Positions 60,796-64,000 of a stretch of DNA of 64,000 nt are shown one piece after another. The DNA is taken from positions 348,068,001 through 348,132,000 of the forward strand of contig CM097882.1 in assembly GCA_044892505.1 (NCBI GenBank). Direction: 5' to 3'. Within the stretch, counting starts at the first letter, position 1. Every line of letters starts with the position of its first letter. This DNA is from Schmidtea nova (taxonomy: Eukaryota). The position numbers and the translations under genes are program-made. Below the pieces are notes generated by a model that made no database searches, was not told the DNA's origin, and saw only the letters and a program-made list of their open reading frames with translations.

Positions 60796-63700
60796 AGATG
60801 TGTGCCTGCATCAGCTCAATCGTCTGCCATTCCCTCTAATGAGACTGATGCAGAGAGCACAACTAAAAATAATATTTCAACTATCGACAATCGTGATCCT
60901 GAAGTGTGGTTTTCTGATAATGATATTGATTGGTATCTTGAAAACCACATTGATAATCCAATGCATGGATATATTAAATGCTTTATAGTAAATATCATCT
61001 GTTCTAACATCACAGAAGATATTGTTGAAATTCCACCATCTATTAGCAATGCTGAAATTGTATTTTGTCCACTCAACATTAACAATTCGCACTGGATTCT
61101 TTTTGTTTATAGTAAGAAAATGTTATCTTCTTACTTTATTGACCCAATCCTTGCAAACAGACAAAAGCCAATCAATAAACAAATGGCTCAGAGAATTAAC
61201 CTAAAACTGAATAGATTTTTTAATCTAAATATATCTGTGTCCCGACATCCACACAAACATCTTGAATATCAAAATAACAGCTTTGATTGTGGCCCATTTA
61301 CGTGTGCTTATGCTGTGATTATCAGTAAAGATTTGAACAGCTTTCCAAATGGGTTCATAGAGAAAATTCGTACCAGTGTGCATGAAAATCAAAATCGTAT
61401 GCAAATAACCGAATCCACCTTATTCGCTGGTACTAACTCCAAGATGGACATGACCAAAATAAATATCAAGAAAGCCCTTGCAAAAAAGAAAGTCATCACC
61501 AACACCTCAGATATGACCAAAGTATTGAACACTCAAAAACCGTGTGTGTCATCAATAATTAGTAAATATTACGAAAGTAATTCTAAAATAACAGTCTTAT
61601 CTGCCGAACTAACTTTAAACCTAATTGCACAAAATACCTCCTTCATAGCTGATAATGTCACTTTCAAGCAGTTCAAAGGAATCGATCATGTTATAAGTAT
61701 CATTCCTAAATTTAACGATTGGTGTCTCTTTGTCTATTCGAATAAACTTGACAGGAGCTACATGTTCGACTTCAATTATCGAAACATTGATGAAAGGCTA
61801 ATTGAAATTGGTGAAAAGATAACTGAATATCTGAATCAATTCACTCTTGTTTCTAAAATAAAATTCACACCTCATCATAGAATTTCTCATCCAACATTTC
61901 ATTCTTACGATGATCAATATTTTGCAAGTTCTTTTATTGTATTTTTTGAGAAACTTGTCTTTGAAAGAATACTGGACAATGATAAGGTTTATGACTCATT
62001 AAGTGCTCTAAAATATCAGTCTTGTAAAGATCTTTCTCCTAGCCTAAGTTTCATTAATGGTAAAATATCCGACAAAATTATTGAGGAATATTTTGCTAGC
62101 CTAAACTTATCGACCAAATATATTCTTCTAAACACAACAATGTGTACTGCGCTTTCAGATGATTGCACTGAATACTTGAAAGACTTTGTAAACATTGAGT
62201 GCATGATGAAGGCTACTATAATCTTTGTAATCATTTCTCCTCCAAGAGCCAACGACTTGCTCATGGTTATTGATTACGACGCTGATGAGCACTATTTATT
62301 AAGCCCAGTCACTAATGACTTGTTCGTTATGACTGAAGGATTCTGCTATAAATTACTAATTAAAATTAATGAGATTAGAGAGAGCACAGGACGTTCCTTG
62401 AAATCGCGTAATTGTCGACATGACGTTAAAGGTTCTGGCTTATTTAGTAGGTTATTAATCTGTGCCTTTATTAAATATTATGCATTTGACCGATCTCTAG
62501 AAAATATCAATCTTCATGAAATTGGCAAAATTATCTACTCACTTGTGCCATTAGTTGATAAAAATGATAATGCTGAGGAAGAAAGACGACTAAAATCAAA
62601 AGCTGTAAACTCTTTAAAACTAAATTTAAAACAGCGAATAGAAAAAGCCAATAATCTTATAATTTCACTTGAACACGCCAGTATTGATGAAATCATAAGT
62701 GGCATTCTTTCAAATATTCCTCGTCTTAAAGATTTGAACACCGATCACATTCGTACACCATATTTAGGTACTAAAATAGAAAAAGCTAGAAAATTCAAAA
62801 ATTCCACTGAGTTTCTGTCAAACATGAAAAAGACTGTGTATAGGATTTTGGGTAACAACACAGAATCAATTGCACCTCCTTATCAGGAAATTATTGACAC
62901 TTTCAGTCATCCTGATACATTACCTAGAAATTGGGAAAACATCTTAAAATTCACTAAGAGTTCTAAATATAGTCTTGTATTAAATCCAATGACACCTAAA
63001 GAAATCCTTTCAAGTCTTTGCAAAGCTGACAACACTTCTCCAGGTCTTGATAATGTTTGTTATAAAGATCTTTTGTTATTAGACCCTGAATGTAAATTGC
63101 TAGCTTTTCTGTACAATAAAATCCTAAAATTAGACATTATTCCTACAAGTTGGAAATCATTTAAAACGATACTAATCCCCAAACCAGATAAAAATGGCCA
63201 ATATCATAAAATATATTCTTGGCGACCAATTGCCTTATTATCTGTCATTTACAAAGTCTTCGCTTCAGTTTTGGCAAATCGTCTAAGCTTATGGATAAGA
63301 AATAATTCCATGTTACACATTGGCCAAAAGGGTGGTTCGGAGTACGAAGGATGTATTGAACACAACTCTATTCTTTCTGCTATCGTCGAACATTCAAAAT
63401 ACAGCAAGTCTTCACCTTTAACGATAGCTTGGCTAGACATCAAAGATGCCTTCGGAAGTGTTCCACATGACTACATGTGGACACTGTTAAAACACATAAA
63501 TTTTAGTGATAGGTTTGTAGGAATTTTAAAACTGCTCTATACTGATACAAGCTCGTTTTATTGTTGCAATAAAATGCAGACACCGGATATTCCAATAAAG
63601 AAAGGAGTTAAACAAGGTTGTCCGATCTCAATGATATTGTTTGCAATAGCTATTAACCCAGTACTTGAGTCTATTAACCTATCAAACGTTAATCCTTTTA

Positions 63701-64000
63701 CGATTGGAACGTCTCCGGTACAGGTGTTGGCTTATGCGGATGATATCGCACTTATCGCGACAAATACCTCTGATCTGCAAATACTCATAAACGTTGCTGT
63801 AAACACCGCTAAAACAATTGGATTTGAATATCGTCCAGAAAAGTGCGCTTATATGCAATACCCTAAAATAGAAACTGTAAGCGAGATTTCTGTCAACAAT
63901 GTTCTTATAAAAAAGATTGCAACAAATGAATTTTACCAATACTTGGGAGTACCAATAGGTGACAATAATGACCAAAGTCCCTATGAAATTCTAAGCAAAG
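58165..64000 (+). mobile_element. RLE non-LTR retrotransposon copy E8 (cut by window end)
   Basis: Same 5' junction, ORF1 and 5' part of ORF2. Confidence 0.95.
60802..64000 (+). CDS. E8 ORF2, 3' partial (Ulp1 domains and RT through YADD and YLG); missing from the ORF track because no stop lies in the window
   Basis: Collinear with the other ORF2 copies to the window end; no indel noticed. Confidence 0.88.
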   Translation, partial: MPASAQSSAIPSNETDAESTTKNNISTIDNRDPEVWFSDNDIDWYLENHIDNPMHGYIKCFIVNIICSNITEDIVEIPPSISNAEIVFCPLNINNSHWILFVYSKKMLSSYFIDPILANRQKPINKQMAQRINLKLNRFFNLNISVSRHPHKHLEYQNNSFDCGPFTCAYAVIISKDLNSFPNGFIEKIRTSVHENQNRMQITESTLFAGTNSKMDMTKINIKKALAKKKVITNTSDMTKVLNTQKPCVSSIISKYYESNSKITVLSAELTLNLIAQNTSFIADNVTFKQFKGIDHVISIIPKFNDWCLFVYSNKLDRSYMFDFNYRNIDERLIEIGEKITEYLNQFTLVSKIKFTPHHRISHPTFHSYDDQYFASSFIVFFEKLVFERILDNDKVYDSLSALKYQSCKDLSPSLSFINGKISDKIIEEYFASLNLSTKYILLNTTMCTALSDDCTEYLKDFVNIECMMKATIIFVIISPPRANDLLMVIDYDADEHYLLSPVTNDLFVMTEGFCYKLLIKINEIRESTGRSLKSRNCRHDVKGSGLFSRLLICAFIKYYAFDRSLENINLHEIGKIIYSLVPLVDKNDNAEEERRLKSKAVNSLKLNLKQRIEKANNLIISLEHASIDEIISGILSNIPRLKDLNTDHIRTPYLGTKIEKARKFKNSTEFLSNMKKTVYRILGNNTESIAPPYQEIIDTFSHPDTLPRNWENILKFTKSSKYSLVLNPMTPKEILSSLCKADNTSPGLDNVCYKDLLLLDPECKLLAFLYNKILKLDIIPTSWKSFKTILIPKPDKNGQYHKIYSWRPIALLSVIYKVFASVLANRLSLWIRNNSMLHIGQKGGSEYEGCIEHNSILSAIVEHSKYSKSSPLTIAWLDIKDAFGSVPHDYMWTLLKHINFSDRFVGILKLLYTDTSSFYCCNKMQTPDIPIKKGVKQGCPISMILFAIAINPVLESINLSNVNPFTIGTSPVQVLAYADDIALIATNTSDLQILINVAVNTAKTIGFEYRPEKCAYMQYPKIETVSEISVNNVLIKKIATNEFYQYLGVPIGDNNDQSPYEILSK

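Larger units (their letters stand above)
1..64000 (+). repeat. Tandem tRNA-Val gene array (24 intact + 8 interrupted genes) colonised by a site-specific non-LTR retrotransposon
   Basis: Identical 73-nt tRNA repeated with period 370 bp (spacer B) or 219-223 bp (spacer A). Every large insertion sits at the same tRNA position and in the same orientation. Confidence 0.97.

Overview
AT-rich eukaryotic window (host not identifiable from sequence). It consists entirely of a head-to-tail tandem array of tRNA-Val genes on the + strand: 24 intact genes (19 anticodon CAC, 5 TAC), separated by a 297-bp spacer B or a 146-150-bp spacer A. Eight further tRNA-Val genes are interrupted at the same site by a ~7.6-kb non-LTR retrotransposon of the restriction-like-endonuclease (RLE) type; six copies are complete and two are cut by the window edges, together ~85% of the window. 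Each copy replaces tRNA nt 10-18 (most of the Pol III A box) with no target-site duplication or poly(A). ORF1 (877 aa, C-terminal C4 zinc finger) starts at the ATG formed by tRNA nt 7-9. ORF2 (1536 codons: one intact and two degenerate Ulp1-like protease domains, RT, CCHC knuckle, RLE) has no AUG ahead of its first protease motif. It is in frame with ORF1 behind a single UGA followed by a strong hairpin, suggesting a readthrough polyprotein. Best candidate for a novel system: a tRNA-Val-gene-specific, NeSL/R2-like retroelement that appears to borrow its 5' end from the host array. Novelty needs a Repbase/Dfam search. Mechanistic points are inferences.
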